A stretch of DNA of 64,000 nucleotides from Mobula hypostoma (lineage: Eukaryota), in the NCBI RefSeq assembly GCF_963921235.1, contig NC_086101.1, positions 2,420,001-2,484,000 of the forward strand. Direction: 5' to 3'. A model generated the notes under the pieces. The model was not told the DNA's origin, searched no databases, and was given only the letters and a program-made list of their open reading frames with translations. The position numbers and the translations under genes were made by a program. This document shows positions 27,630 through 40,879 of this stretch, piece by piece (position 1 is the stretch's first letter; every line of letters begins with the position of its first letter).

Positions 27630-28160
27630 GTACAACAAGTTATCAAGAAGGCAAATGGAATGTAAGTCTTCATTACAAAGAGGCATTGAATTTCAGAAGA
27701 ACTGTACAGAGCAGAGGGGGAGATATAGAGAGGGACAGGCAACTGTACAGGGTACTGGTGAGGCTGCACCTGGAGTACTGTGTGCAGTTCTGGTCTCCAT
27801 ACTTGAGGAAGGATATACTGGCTTTGGAGGCAGTGCAGAGGAGGTTCACCAGGTTGATTCCAGAGTTGAGGGGGTTAGTCATGAGGACAGATTGTCCCTG
27901 CTGGCACTATACTCACTGGAGTTCAAATGAATAAGAGGGGAACCTATAGGTGATCAAAGCGATGGATGACATAAGAGGCAGGAAGGTTGTTTTCACTGGC
28001 GGGTAAGACGAACTAGAGGACATAGCCTCAAGATTCGGGGAGTAGATTTCGGACGGACATGCGGAGAGACTGTTTTTCCCAGAGAGCAGTGAATCTGTGG
28101 AATCCTGTGCCCGGGCAAGCTGTAGCAATACCTCATTAAATATATTTAATACGCAGTTAT
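27630..28160 (+). mobile_element. Degraded CR1 3' ORF2 fragment
   Basis: LVRLHLEYCVQFWSPYLRKD. Confidence 0.85.
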
Positions 28161-28214
28161 GTAAACAGTGGGGCCAAGGCTGTTCATCGGGATCAGAGGG
28201 AAAGGGGGTTGAAG

Positions 28215-28830
28215 TCAGAATGACAGAGTCTCAGTGCAGAATGTTGGCTCTTCGCAGATGCTACCTGGCTGGCCGAGTTCATTCAGCGTTTTGAGCGCAG
28301 TGCTGTGGATTTCCAGCATTCGCAGAACGTGCTGTGTCAGAGTCAGGTGAGACTGGGTGGGTGGGGAGGGGGGATGAAGTGAGAAGCTGGGGGGTGCCGG
28401 GTGGAAGAGATAAAGGCTGAAGAAGATGGAATCTGATGGGAGAGGAGAGCAGCCCACGGGAGAAAGGGGAGGAGGCGGGGAACCGGAGGAAGGTGAGGTG
28501 AGGAAAGGATTAGGGTTACAATTGATTTCAAAAGGGTGACGACTGGAATCAAGAGTGGGGAATAGAAAAGACAGAAGAGTTTGGGGACAGACCGGAAGTT
28601 GGAGAAATTGATGTGTATGCCAATTGGAGGCTGTCGCTGTGGAATGTGAGGTGTGGCTCCTTCAACTTGATCGTGGCAGTAGAGGAGGCCGTGCGCCGCC
28701 ATGTCAGACTGAGAGCGGGAATATCTTTCAGCAAAGGTCCAGCCCAATCAGCCCTCTCCTGCAGTGCCACTCAGAACTTGTGAGGAGTCTTGGCCTGAAA
28801 CGATGACTGTCCATTCCCCTCTATCCTTGT
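28215..28830. mobile_element. Decayed Penelope-like terminal fragments in mixed orientation
   Basis: Similar to 31450-32034; remnant ggcctgaaacgatgactg at about 28792-28810. Confidence 0.62.
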
Positions 28831-28884
28831 TTAAGGTTAATGTAGTTTGTCATTTCCTGTACACAAGTGGAAAGGAGAACAAAA

Positions 28885-29440
28885 TGAGACTGAAGAGAGC
28901 TGGACTTTACACATCTATACTCATGTCATTCTACAGATGAACTGCAGAGAGCATCCTAACATGTTACATCACTGCTTGGCACTGTGGCGGGCAAGGTGGC
29001 TCGATAACGGGTGGTCAAAACTCTCCATGCATCACCAACACCAGCCTACCCAACATCAAGGACGTACATACAGAAAAGTGCCGGAAAAGGGCCGGTAACA
29101 TCACCCACCCTGCTCATGGACTGTCTGTCCCACTCCCATCAGGGAGGAGGCTACGTAGCATCCACACCAGGACCCAGCAGACCCAAAAGCAGTGACTTTC
29201 CCCAGGCAGTGAGGCTGATCAACACCTCCACCCCCCAACCACCACTACTTTATCATTTCCTGTCAGAGTCACCTGATGTACAGACACTCCCGTCCCTAGT
29301 GTCACTTTGTGGGCGTACAATCAATCAATGTATATAAGCTACTTATATTTATTGTTTTTATTATTATTGTTTTCTTTATCTTATTGTGTTTTTGGTGCTG
29401 TGCTGGACCCAGAGCAACAATTATTTTGTTCTCTTTTTGC
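28885..29440 (+). mobile_element. Degraded Rex1-type LINE 3' fragment
   Basis: gagagcatcctaac (ESIL) and FPQAVRLIN-like C-terminus followed by a T-rich 3' UTR. Confidence 0.62.
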
Positions 29441-30237
29441 ATACGAGCAAGTTTATTTGTATAGTACTTTTCAATCACAAGGCAGTGCTTTACGTAGAAC
29501 AAAATCAAACATCAAATTTCGGGCAACATACAAGAGAATTTAATTGACACAAAAATGGATATGATAAATAGATGAAAAAAGAATAAAAGTTACAGTGCAG
29601 GAGATTCTAATTAAGAGTTACAGCGACAAGAAAAGTTTTAAGAGCTTAGCGCTGGGACAGACTTCAGATCCTCTGGAAGGTTATTCCTGATATGTGGAGC
29701 ATAGTAACTAAAAGCTGCTTCCCCATGTTTAGTTTTGACCCTGGAGACGGTAAACAGACCCACCCCAGACAACCTGAGAGCTCGGGAAGGTTCATGATGC
29801 AGCAAGAGATCGGAGATGTATTTTGGCCCTAGTCATTCAGTACTTTATGAACCTGTAGTAGTATTTTAAATTTGTTCCTCCGATGGACAGGAAGCCAGTG
29901 TAGGGATCTGAGGACTGGAGTGATGTGTTTCAAACTCCTGGTCTCTGTGCGGACTCCAGCAGTCGCGTTCTGAATGAACTGCAGCTGTCTGAGGGATTTT
30001 AACAGAGACCTGTGGAAACACCATTACAGTAGTCAAGCCTGCTAAAAATAGGAGGAGTTTTTCTAGATCTCGCCGAGACACAAGACCTTTAACTCTTGCT
30101 GGATTTTTTAAGATGGCAGTAGGCTGACTTTGTAATTGTCTTAATGTTTAAGTCAGAGTCCATCACAACACCAAGGTTTCTGGCTTGGTTTGTGGTCTGG
30201 AACGACAGGGATTCGAAGTGAGAACTGACTTTTAATC

Positions 30238-32034
30238 GCTCTTAAACTTTTCAATGATTTTAAGTTCCCTGGCCCCCACCGCTTTATTTTCACCATGGAT
30301 GTCCAGTCCCTATATACTTCCATCCCCCATCAGGAAGGTCTCAAAGCTCTACGCTTCTTTTTGGATTCCAGACCTAATCAGTTCCCCTCTACCACCACTC
30401 TGCTCCGTCTGATGGTATTAATAATTTCTCCTTTGGCTCCTCCCACTTCGTCCAAACTAAAGGTGTAGCTATGGGCACCCGTATGGGTCCTAGCTATGCC
30501 TGCCTTTTTGTTGGGTTTGTGGAACAATCTATGTTCCGTGCCTATTCTGGTATCTGTCCCCCACTTTTCCTTCGCTATATCGACGACTGCATTGGCGCTG
30601 CTTCCTGCACGCATGCAGAACTCGTTAACTTTATTAACTTTGCCTCCAACTTTCACCCTGCCCTCAAGTTTACCTGGTCCATTTCCGACACCTCCCTCCC
30701 CTTTCTAGATCTTTCTGTCTCTGTCTCTGGAGACAGCTTATCCACTGATGTCTACTATAAGCCTACTGACTCTCACAGCTATCTGGACTATTCCTCTTCT
30801 CACCCTGTCTCTTGCAAAAACGCCATCCCCTTCTCGCAATTCCTCCGTCTCCGCCGCATCTGCTCTCAGGATGAGGCTTTTCATTCTAGGACGAGGGAGA
30901 TGTCTTCATTTTTTAAAGAAAGGGGCTTCCCTTCCTCCACTATCAACTCTGCTCTTAAACGCATCTCCCCCATTTCACGTACATCTGCTCTCAGTCCATC
31001 CTCCCACCACCCCACTAGGAATAGGGTTCCCCTGGTCCTCACCTACCACCCCACCAGCCTCCGGGTCCAACATATTATTCTCCGTAACTTCCGCCACCTC
31101 CAACGGGATCCCACCACTAAGCATATCTTTCCCTTCCCCCCCTCTCTGCATTCCGCAGGGATCGCTCCCTACACAACTCCCTTGTCCATTCGTCCCCCCC
31201 ATCCATCCCCACTGATCTCCCTCCTGGCACTTATCCGTGTAAGCGGAACAAGTGCTACACATGCCCTTACACTTCCTCCCTTACCACCATTCAGGGCCCC
31301 AAACAGTCCTTCCAGGTGAGGCATCACTTCACCTGTGAGTCGACTGGGGTGATATACTGCGTCCGGTGCTCCCGATGTGGCCTTTTATATATTGGTGAGA
31401 CCTGACGCAGACTGGGAGACCGCTTTGCTGAACATCTACGCTCTGTCCGCCAGAGAAAGCAGGATCTCCCAGTGGCCACACATTTTAATTCCACATCCCA
31501 TTCCCATTCTGACATGTCTATCCACGGCCTCCTCTACTGTAAAGATGAAGCCACACTCAGGTTGGAGGAACAACACCTTATATTCCATATGGGTAGCCTC
31601 CAACCTGATGGCATGAACATTGACTTCTCTAACTTCCGCTAGGCCCCACCTCCCCCTCGTACCCCATCTGTTACTCTTTTTTATGCACACATTCTTTCTC
31701 TCACTCTCCTTTTTCTCCCTCTGTCCCTCTGAATATACCTCTTGCCCATCCTCTGGGTCACCGCCCCCCCCGTCTTTCTTCCCGGACCTCCTGTCCCATG
31801 CTCCTCTCGTATCCCCTTCTGCCTATCACCTGTCCAGCTCTCGGCTCCATCCATCCCCCTCCTGTCTTCTCCTATCATTTTGGATCTCCCCCTCCCCCTC
31901 CCACTTTCAAATCGCTTATTCACTCTTCCTTCAGTTAGTCCTGACGAAGGGTCTCGGCCTGAAACGTCGACTGCACCTCTTCCTAGAGATGCTGCCTGGC
32001 CTGCTGCGTTCACCAACAACTTTGATGTGTGTTG
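30238..32034 (+). mobile_element. Penelope-like element, 5'-truncated (RT + GIY-YIG endonuclease + terminal repeat)
   Basis: MDVQSLYTSIP, GVAMGTRMGPSYA, RYIDD; CxxxxCxxC and VIYCVRCSRCGLLYIGET. 14-bp TSD actgacttttaatc at 30224-30237 and 32035-32048. Confidence 0.95.
31937..31972 (+). ncRNA. Minimal type-I hammerhead ribozyme motif in the Penelope terminal repeat
   Basis: AGTC-CTGACGA-aggg(tctcg)gcct-GAAA-C-GTC-GACT: full catalytic core, stem I AGTC/GACT, loopless palindromic helix III (ACGT). Confidence 0.85.
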
Positions 32035-32890
32035 ACTGACTTTTAATCATTCTGTTTTGGCACCAAAAACAATTATTTCAGTTTTCTCTTTGTTTAACAG
32101 GAGGAAAATTTGGCTCACCCAATCAGTGAATTGTTCAATACAGTTTTTTTAGTGATTGTATGGGACCATAGTCACTTGATGGCACTGATATATTAATCTG
32201 AGTGTCATCCGCATAATTAGGGGGAGATATTTTATTGTTTACCATGATTTGAGCTAGAGGGAGCATTTATGTGTTAAACTGAAGAGGCCCCAGTATGGAG
32301 CCTTGAGGCACTCTGCATGCCATTTTTGTCTATAACAATTATTAGTGACAATTCAGAGTAATAATTATTTCCTCTTCAGAAATTAGAGGCATTGGTGAGC
32401 TTCCTGACTGAGCTGAGCTTGTGCTTTGGCCTGACGTGTTGAGTTCCTGCAGCATTTTGTCTGCATTGAAACGGTACCAGTGCAAAGGATCCAGATTACG
32501 TTTATTATCGCAGTGTACAATGCTGAGGATCGACCCCCAGAGACAGCCACAAAGCAGAGAAAACCAGGGAACCCATTCAAAGACACCCCCCTCACTAACA
32601 ACAAATGGCACAAACAGGAACAACATCAACCCCCTCACTAAAAACAAATGGCACAAATGGAAACATCGACCCCCCCCCGTTAAAAACGAATGGCAAATTG
32701 CAAAGTAGAAAAACAATCAGCTCAGTCTTCATTATCCAAAGGCAGCCCCACTCAAATTTGCCCAAAATAGCGACGGAAAAAGGAGCGAGCAGGAACTACT
32801 GTCCAATCCACAAACCACAGAGCCAGAGCATTTGTACCATCCTCGGAAAGCATCGCGGGAGAGAGACAGCTTTCAAACTTCCCTCTGGAG

Positions 32891-33433
32891 CCGTGAGGGA
32901 GAGACCCTCACACACACAGTCCTTCCTCCGGCGGGTATGAGGGAGAGACCCTCACACACACAGTCCTTCCTCCGGCGGGTATGAGGGAGAGACCCTCACA
33001 CACACAGTCCTTCCTCCGGCAGGTATGAGGGAGAGACCCTCACACACAGACACCTTCCTCCGGCAGGTATGAGGGAGAGACCCTCACACACACAGTCCTT
33101 CCTCCGGCAGGTATGAGGGAGAGACCCTCACACACACAGTCCTTCCTCCGGCGGGTATGAGGGAGAGACCCTCACACACACAGTCCTTCCTCCGGCGGGT
33201 ATGAGGGAGAGACCCTCACACACACAGTCCTTCCTCCGGCAGGTATGAGGGAGAGACCCTCACACACACAGTCCTTCCTCCGGCGGGTATGAGGGAGAGA
33301 CCCTCACACACAGACACCTTCCTCCGGCAGGTATGAGGGAGAGACCCTCACACACACAGTCCTTCCTCCGGCAGGTATGAGGGAGAGACCCTCACACACA
33401 CAGTCCTTCCTCCGGCAGCCGTGAGGGAGAGAC

Positions 33434-33474
<41 letters not shown>

Positions 33475-33980
33475 CCTTCCTCCGGCAGGTATGAGGGAGA
33501 GAACCTCACACACAGACACCTTCCTCCAGCAGGTATGAGGGAGAGACCCTCACACACACAGTCCTTCCTCCAGCAGGTATGAGGGAGAGACCCTCACACA
33601 CAGACACCTTCCTCCGGCAGGTATGAGGGAGAGACCCTCACACACACAGTCCTTCCTCCGGCAGGTATGGGGAGAGACCCTCACACACACAGTCCTTCCT
33701 CCGGCAGGTATGAGGGAGAGACCCTCACACACAGACACCTTCCTCCGGCAGGTATGAGGGAGAGACCCTCACACACACAGTCCTTCCTCCGGCAGGTATG
33801 AGGGAGAGACCCTCACACACAGACACCTTCCTCCGGCAGGTATGAGGGAGAGACCCTCACACACAGACACCTTCCTCCGGCAGGTATGAGGGAGAGACCC
33901 TCACACACAGACACCTTCCTCCGGCAGTCATGAGGGAGAGACCCTCACACACAGTCCTTCCTCCGGCAGCCGTGAGGGAG
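32891..33980. repeat. 42-44-bp minisatellite with an internal hairpin
   Basis: Unit gtatgagggagagaccctcacacacaca(g/gac)..ccttcctccggcag; TGAGGG/CCCTCA inverted repeat in each unit; one expanded (CA)n at about 33437-33472. Confidence 0.96.
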
Positions 33981-34509
33981 AGGCTGGTAGATGGAGCCGA
34001 GCACTCACACGGCTCACTGTTCTCGATCTTCCTTGACATTTTATTTGGTGAGATTGGTGAGAAATGGTGTCCATCGAGGGTTCGTGCCCCGTCTCTAAGC
34101 TCCTTGGAGTCGCGGCCACTCACCTTCTGGAACCTCTCAGAAAAAGCAAAGTGCCAGATTGCTCAATCGTCCCCGAAATCACGTTCAAACTGCAGATCAG
34201 AGGCTCCAACGAAACCAGAAATACATTTAAAAGCAAAAGGGGACATAGAAGAGGTGAAAGAAACAGTTTTGTGGACCATCTGGGAAATGTCGGCCTTGCT
34301 CGCTGGCGCTATCTTCTTGCCTATCGAAGTGCCCGCATAATGTCTCAAACAAATCTGTTCCCGATTCACCCACCAAGGGAAACAGATTCTGGCCATCTGT
34401 CTTCTCTTGGAAGAAGCCAGAGGTCTCTGAGTCAGACATCAGGGGATCAGAGGTGGAGTGGATCAGTATCTTAAATTCTTTGGCGTTTTAACTTATCAGC
34501 GGACCTGTC

Positions 34510-35030
34510 ATGGGACCAGCATGTAAGTGCTATCACTAGAAAAGCACGACAGTGCCTCTACTTCCTTCGAAGTTTGCCTAGATTGGACATGTCGTCTAAA
34601 GTTTTGGTAAAAATCTAGAGATGCACGGTAGCTCTATCTAGCTTGGTTTGAAAACACCAAATGCCCAGGAACAGAAAAGCGTACAATAGGTGGTGGACAC
34701 AGCCCAGTCCATCACAGGCAAAGCCCTCCCTCCCCATCAACAACCCTCACCACCCAGTCCAAGCTCTCTTCACACCATGACCATCGGGCAGGAAGTACAG
34801 GAGCCTCAGGTCCCACACCACCAGGTTCGGGGACTGTTATTACCATTAGGCTCCAGAACTGGTGCGAATAGCTTCACTCACCACAACTCTGAATTGACTC
34901 CACAACTGATACACTCACGTTCAAGGACTCTAAAATTCATGTTCTCAGTTTTATTGCTGCAGTTTGCCATTGTAATATATAGATTTTCATGAATGCTGTT
35001 GTATTTCTTTATTTCTCGAGGTAGTAGACA
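34510..35030 (+). mobile_element. Degraded Rex1-type LINE 3' fragment
   Basis: aaagcacgacagtgcctctacttccttcg (KARQxLYFLR) and VVDTAQSITG. Confidence 0.62.
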
Positions 35031-35034
35031 GTGG

Positions 35035-35250
35035 GATATAAGACACAGGAGGAGAATCATGCCATTCGGCCCATCGAGTCTGCTCCACCATTCCTCATGA
35101 CTGATTTATTATCCAGCTCAACCCTGTTCTCCCGCCTTCTACCCAAAATCAAAAACCTATCAGCCTCTGCTTTAAATATACCCAGTGACCTGGCCTCCAC
35201 TGCTGCCTGTGGCAAGGGATTCCACAGATTCACCACCCTCTGGCTGAGGA
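35035..35250 (-). mobile_element. Older CR1 3' end next to the long CR1
   Basis: FLSQRVVNLWNPLPQAAVEA plus a CR1 3' UTR. Confidence 0.82.
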
Positions 35251-35255
35251 AATTA

Positions 35256-38200
35256 GACCATAAGACAAAGGAGCAGAAGTCAGCCATTTGGCCCATCGAG
35301 TCTGCTCCGACATTTTATCATGAGCTGATCCATTCTCCCATTTAGTCCCACTCCCCTGCCTTCTCACCATAACCTCTGATGCCCTGGCTACTCAGATACC
35401 TATCAATCTCTGCCTTAAATACACTCAATGACTTGGCCTCCACTGCTGCCCGTGGCAACAAATTCCATAGATTCACTACCCTCTGGCTAAAAAAATTACT
35501 TTGCATCTCTGTTCTGAATGGGCGCCCTTCAATCCTTAAGTCATGCCCTCTCGTACTAGACTCCCCCATCATGGGAAACAACTTTGCCACATCCACTCTG
35601 TCCATGCCTTTCAACATTCGAAATGTTTCTATGAGGTCTCCCCTCATTCTTCTAAACTCCAAGGAATACAGTCCAAGAGCGGACAAACGTTCCTCATATG
35701 CTAACCCTCTCATTCCCGGAATCATTCTAGTGAATCTTCTCAGTACCCTCTCCAACGTCAGCACATCCTTTCTTAAATAAGGAGACCAAAACTGCCCACA
35801 GTACTCCAAGTGAGGTCTCACCAGCGCCTTATAGAGCCTCAACATCACATCCCTGCTCCTATACTCTATTCCTCTAGAAATGAATGCCAACATTGCATTC
35901 GCCTTCTTCACTACTGACTCAGCCTGGAGGTTAACTTTAAGGGTATCCTGTACGAGGACTCCCAAGTCCCGTTGCATCTCAGAACTTTGAATTCTCTCCC
36001 CATTTAAATAACAGTCTGCCCATTTATTTCTTCTGCCAAAGTGCATAACCATACACTTTCCAACATTGTACTTCATTTGCCACTTCTTTGCCCATTCTTC
36101 CAATCTATCCAAGTCTCTCTGCAGACTCTCCGTTTCCTCAGCACTACTAGCCCCTCCACCTATCTTCGTATCGTCAGCAAACTTAGCCACAAAGCCATCT
36201 ATTCCATAATCCAGATCGTTAATGTACAATGTAAAAAGAAGCGGCCCCAACACTGATCCCTGCGGAACACCACTGGTAACCGGCAGCCAACCAGAATAGG
36301 ATCCCTTTATTCCCACTCTCTGTTTCCTGCCAATCAGCCAACGCTCTATCCACGTATGTAACTTTCCCGTAATTCCATGGGCTCTTATCTTGTTAAGTAG
36401 CCTCATGTGTGGCACCTTGTCAAAGGCCTTCTGAAAATCCAAATATACAACATCCACTGCATCTCCCTTGTCTAGCCTACTGGTAATTTCCTCAAAAAAT
36501 TGTAATAGGTTTGTCAGGCAGGATTTTCCTTCAGGAAACCATGCTGAGTTCTGCCTATCTTGTCATATGCCTCCAGGTACTCTGTAACCTCATCCTTGAC
36601 AATCGACTCCAACAACTTCCCAAACACCGACGTCAAGCTAACAGGTCTATAATTTCCTTTTTGCTTCCTTGCCCTCTTCTTAAATAGCGGAGTGACATTA
36701 GCAATCTTCCAGTCCTCCGGAATCATGCAAGAATCTATCGACTTTTGAAAGATCATCGCTAATGCCTCCGCAATCTCCACAGCTACTTCCTTCAGAACAC
36801 GAGGGTGCATTCCATCTGGTCCGGGAGATTTATCTACCTTTAGACTATTCAGCTTCCTGAGTACTTTCTCTGTCGTAATTGTGACTGCGCACACTTCTCT
36901 TCCCTGCCACCCTTGAGTGTCCAGTATACTGCTGATGTCTTCCTCAGTGAAGACTGATGCAAAATACTCATTCAGTTCCTCCGCCATCTCCTTATCTCCC
37001 ATTATCATTTCTCCAGCATCATTTTCTATCGGTCCTATATCTACTCTCACCTGTCTTTGACTCTGTATATACTTGAAAAAGCTTTTAGTATCCTCTTTGA
37101 TATTATTTGCCAGCTTCCTTTCAGAATTCATCTTTTCCCTCTTAATGACTTCCTTAGTTTCCTTTTGTAAGGTTTTAAAAACTTCCCAATCCTCTGTCTT
37201 CCCACTAATTCTTGCTTCCTTGTATGCCCTCTCCTTTGCTTTAAATTTGGCTTTGACTTCTCTTGTCAGCCACGGTTGCATCCTTTTTCCATTCGAAAAT
37301 TTCTTCTTTTTTGGAATATACCTGTCTTGCACCTTCTCACTTCTCGCATAAACTCCAGCCACTGCTGCTCTGCCATCCGTCCTGCCAGTGTCCCTTTCCA
37401 GTCAACTTTGGCCAGTTCCTCTCTCATGCCACTGTAATTTCCTTTACTCCACTGAAACACCGACACATCAGATTTCTGCTTCTCTTTTTCAAATTTCACA
37501 GTGAACTCAATCATGTTATGATCACTGTCTCCTCATAGTCATAGTCATACATTATTGATTCCGGGGGAAATTGGTTTTCGTTACAGTTGCACCATAAATA
37601 ATTAAATTGTAATAAAACCATAAATAGTTAAATAGTAATATGTAAATTATGCCAGGAAATAAATCCAGGACCAGCCTATTGGCTCAGGATGTCTGACCCT
37701 CCAAGGGAGGAGTTGTAAAGTTTGATGGCCACAGGCAGGAATGACTTCCTATGACGCTCTGTGTTGCATCTCGGTGGAATGAGTCTCTGGCTGAATGTAC
37801 TCCTGTGCCCAACCAGTACGTTATGTAGCGGATGGGAGACATTGTCCAAGATGGCATGCAACTTGGACAGCATCCTCTTTTCAGACACCACCGTCAGGGA
37901 GTCCAGTTCCATCCCCACAACATCACTGGCCTTACGAATGAGTTTGTTGATTCTGTTGGTGTCTGCTACCCTCAGCCTGCTGCCCCAGCACACAACAGCA
38001 AACATGATCGCACTGGCCACCACAGACTCGTAGAACATCCTCAGCATCATCCGGCAGATGTTAAAGGACCTCAGTCTCCTCAGGAAATAGAGATGGCTCT
38101 GACCCTTCTTGTAGACAGCCTCAGTGTTCTTTGACCAGTCCAGTTTATTGTCAATTCGTATCCCCAGGTATTTGTAATCCTCCACCATGTCCACCCTGAC

Positions 38201-40860
38201 CCCCTGGATGGAAACAGGGGTCACCGTTACCTTAGCTCTCCTCAGGTCTACCACCAGCTCCTTAGTCTTTTTCACATTAAGCTGCAGATAATTCTGCTCA
38301 CACCATGTGACAAAGTTTCCTACCGTAGCCCTGTACTCAGCCTCATCTCCCTTGCTGATGCATCCAACTATGGCAGAGTCATCAGAAAACTTCTGAAGTT
38401 GACAAGACTCTGTGCAGTAGTTGAAATCTGAGGTGTAAATGGTGAAGAGAAAGGGAGACAAGACACTCCCCTGTGGAGCCCCAGTGCTGCTGATCACTCT
38501 GTCGGACACACAGTGTTGCAAGCACACGTACTGTGGTCTGCCAGTCAGGTAATCAAGAATCCATGATACCAGGAAAGCATCCACCTGCTTCGCTGTCAGC
38601 TTCTCCCCCAGCAGAGCAGGGCGGATGGTGTTGAACGCACTGGAGAAGTCAAAAAACATGACCCTCACAGTGCTCGCTGGCTTGTCCAGGTGGGCGTAGA
38701 CACGGTTCAGCAGGTAGACGATGGCATCCTCAACTCCTCGTCGGGGCTGGTAGGCGAACTGGAGGGGATCTAAGTGTGGCCTGACCATAGGCCGGAGCAG
38801 CTCCAGAACAAGTCTGTCCAGAGTCTTCATGATGTGGGAGGTCAATGCCACCGGTCTATAGTCATTGAGGCCACTGGGACGTGGCGTCTTCGGTACAGGG
38901 ACGAGGCAGGACGTCTTCCACAGCACAGGAACCCTCCGGAGCCTCAGGCTCAGGTTGAAGACATGGCGAAGTACTCCACATAGCTGAGGGGCCCAGGCTT
39001 TGAGCAGCCTGGTACTGACACCATCCGGTCCTGCAGCCTTGCTTGGGTTGAGACGTTTCAGCTGTCTTCTCACCTGTTCAGCTGTGAAGCCCACCGTGGT
39101 GGTTTCATGTGGGGAAGGGGTATAGTCATGAGAGCAGGGTGGGGGACTATGAGGAGGGGTAGGAGGGGAGAGTGGAATATGTGTTGGTTGGGGGCCGACA
39201 ACAGATGATTCATGTGGGGGATGGGCAGGGGTCACAGGGGCCTCCTCAGGGTTCCTTCACCTCAGTCTCTCTAATCACCTCCGGTTCATTACACAATACC
39301 CAATCCAGTACAGCCGATCCCCTAGTGGGCTCAACAACAAGCTGTTCTAAAAAGCCACCTCGTAGACATTCTTCAAATTCTCTCTCTTGAGATCCTGTGC
39401 CGACTTGATTTTCCTAATCCACTCGCATGTTAAAATCCCCCACAATTATCATAACATTGCCCTTCTGACAAGCCTTTTCTATTTCCTGGTGTAATTTGTA
39501 GTCCACATCCCTGCAGCTGTTTGGAGGCCTGTATATAACTGCCATCAGGGTCCTTTTACCCCTGCGATTTCTTAGCTCAACCCATAAAGATTCTGCACCT
39601 TCCAATCCTATATCACCTCTTTCTAATGATTTAATATCATTTCTTACCAATAAAGCTACACCACCCCCTGTGCCTACCTTCCTATCCTTCCGATACACCG
39701 TGTATCCTTGGACGTTCAGCTCCCAGAGACATGCATCCTTTAGCCAGGTCTCAGTGATGGCCACAATATCATACCTGCCAATCTGTAGCTGTACGACAAG
39801 ATCATCCACCTTATTCCTTATGCTACGTGCATTTAAGTATAACACCTTAAGACCAGTATTTGATACTTTCGCTTTGATTGCACTGCAACTTTATTGCAGT
39901 GCAACTCATCCCAATGGCTACAAATTTGCCCCATCACCTGCCTGTCTTTCCTGACATTATTACTGTTCACTATCTTAGATTTGTTTCTGTTTCCCCTTCC
40001 TCCGCTCGATCATTCTGGTTCCCATCCCCCTGCCAAATTAGTTTAAACCCTCCCTAACAGCTCTATTAAACCTTTCCGCCAGGATATTGGTCCCCTTCGG
40101 GTTCAGGTGTAACCTGTCCTTTTTGAACAGGTCATACTTCCCCCAGAAGAGATCCCAATGATCCAAGAATCTGAAGTCCTGCCCCCTGCACCAGTCTCTC
40201 AGCCACGCATTCATCTGCCTGATCCAACTATTCTTGCCCTCGCTAACACGTGGCACAGGTAGCCATCCCGAGATTACTACCCTGGAGGTCCTGCTCCTCA
40301 GCTTCCTTCCTAACTGCCAGGAATCTCTCTTCAGGACCTCCTCCCTTTTCCAATCTATGTCATTGGTACCAACATGTACCAAGACAACTGGCTGTTCACC
40401 CTCCCCCTTTAGAATATTCTGGACCTGATCCGAGACATCCTGTACCCTGGCACCTGGGAGGCAACACACCATGCGGGTATCTCTGTCAGGCTCACAGAAT
40501 CTCCTGTCTGTTTCCCTGACTATGGAATCCCCCACGACTACCGCATTTCTCTTCACCCTCCTTCTCTCCTGCACAACAGCGTCAGGCTCAGTGCCAGAGA
40601 CCCGGTCACCGTGGGCGTCCCCTGTCAGGTCATCCCCCTCAACAGCATCCAGAACAAGATATTTGTTCTGAGGGGTACAGCCACAGGGGTGCTCTCCACT
40701 ATCCGGGCATTTCCCTTCCTTCTCCTGACAGTCACCCAGTTTTCTGACCCCTGTAGCCTAGGGATGACTACCTCCCTGTAGCTCCTGTCTATCACCTCTT
40801 CACTTTCCCTGATAAGCAGTAGGTCATCAAGCTGCAGCTCCAGATCCCTAACACAGTCTT
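35256..40860 (-). mobile_element. Near full-length CR1 LINE (ORF1 SGNH esterase; ORF2 endonuclease + RT), frameshifted and interrupted by Rex1
   Basis: ORF1 VVGDSIVR/HVGTND/DRLHLN (40038-40574); endonuclease LYLNARSI, ITETWL, VGDFN (39414-39845); RT 36514-37362 and 35342-36457. Confidence 0.95.
37536..39239 (-). mobile_element. Young Rex1/Babar-type LINE, 5'-truncated, with an uninterrupted 519-aa RT ORF
   Basis: KAAGPDGV, YRPVALTSHIMK, DPLQFAY, FFDFSSAFNTI, GAPQGSVLSP, KFSDD. (catagt)n tail. Flanking ctcctca duplication at 37529-37535 and 39242-39248. Confidence 0.95.
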
Positions 40861-40879
40861 TGATGCTCTGACACGGTCT

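Larger units (their letters stand above)
29448..32335 (-). mobile_element. L2-clade LINE (RT 3' half), split by a Penelope insertion
   Basis: Minus-strand VPQGSILGP (about 32290), NYADDTQ (about 32200) and HITPVLRSLHWLPV (about 29885-29925). Confidence 0.85.

Noticed and set aside
32891..33980. Hairpin repeat as a tandem hammerhead array
   Set aside because: Has ATGA plus a stem but lacks CUGANGA and GAAA.
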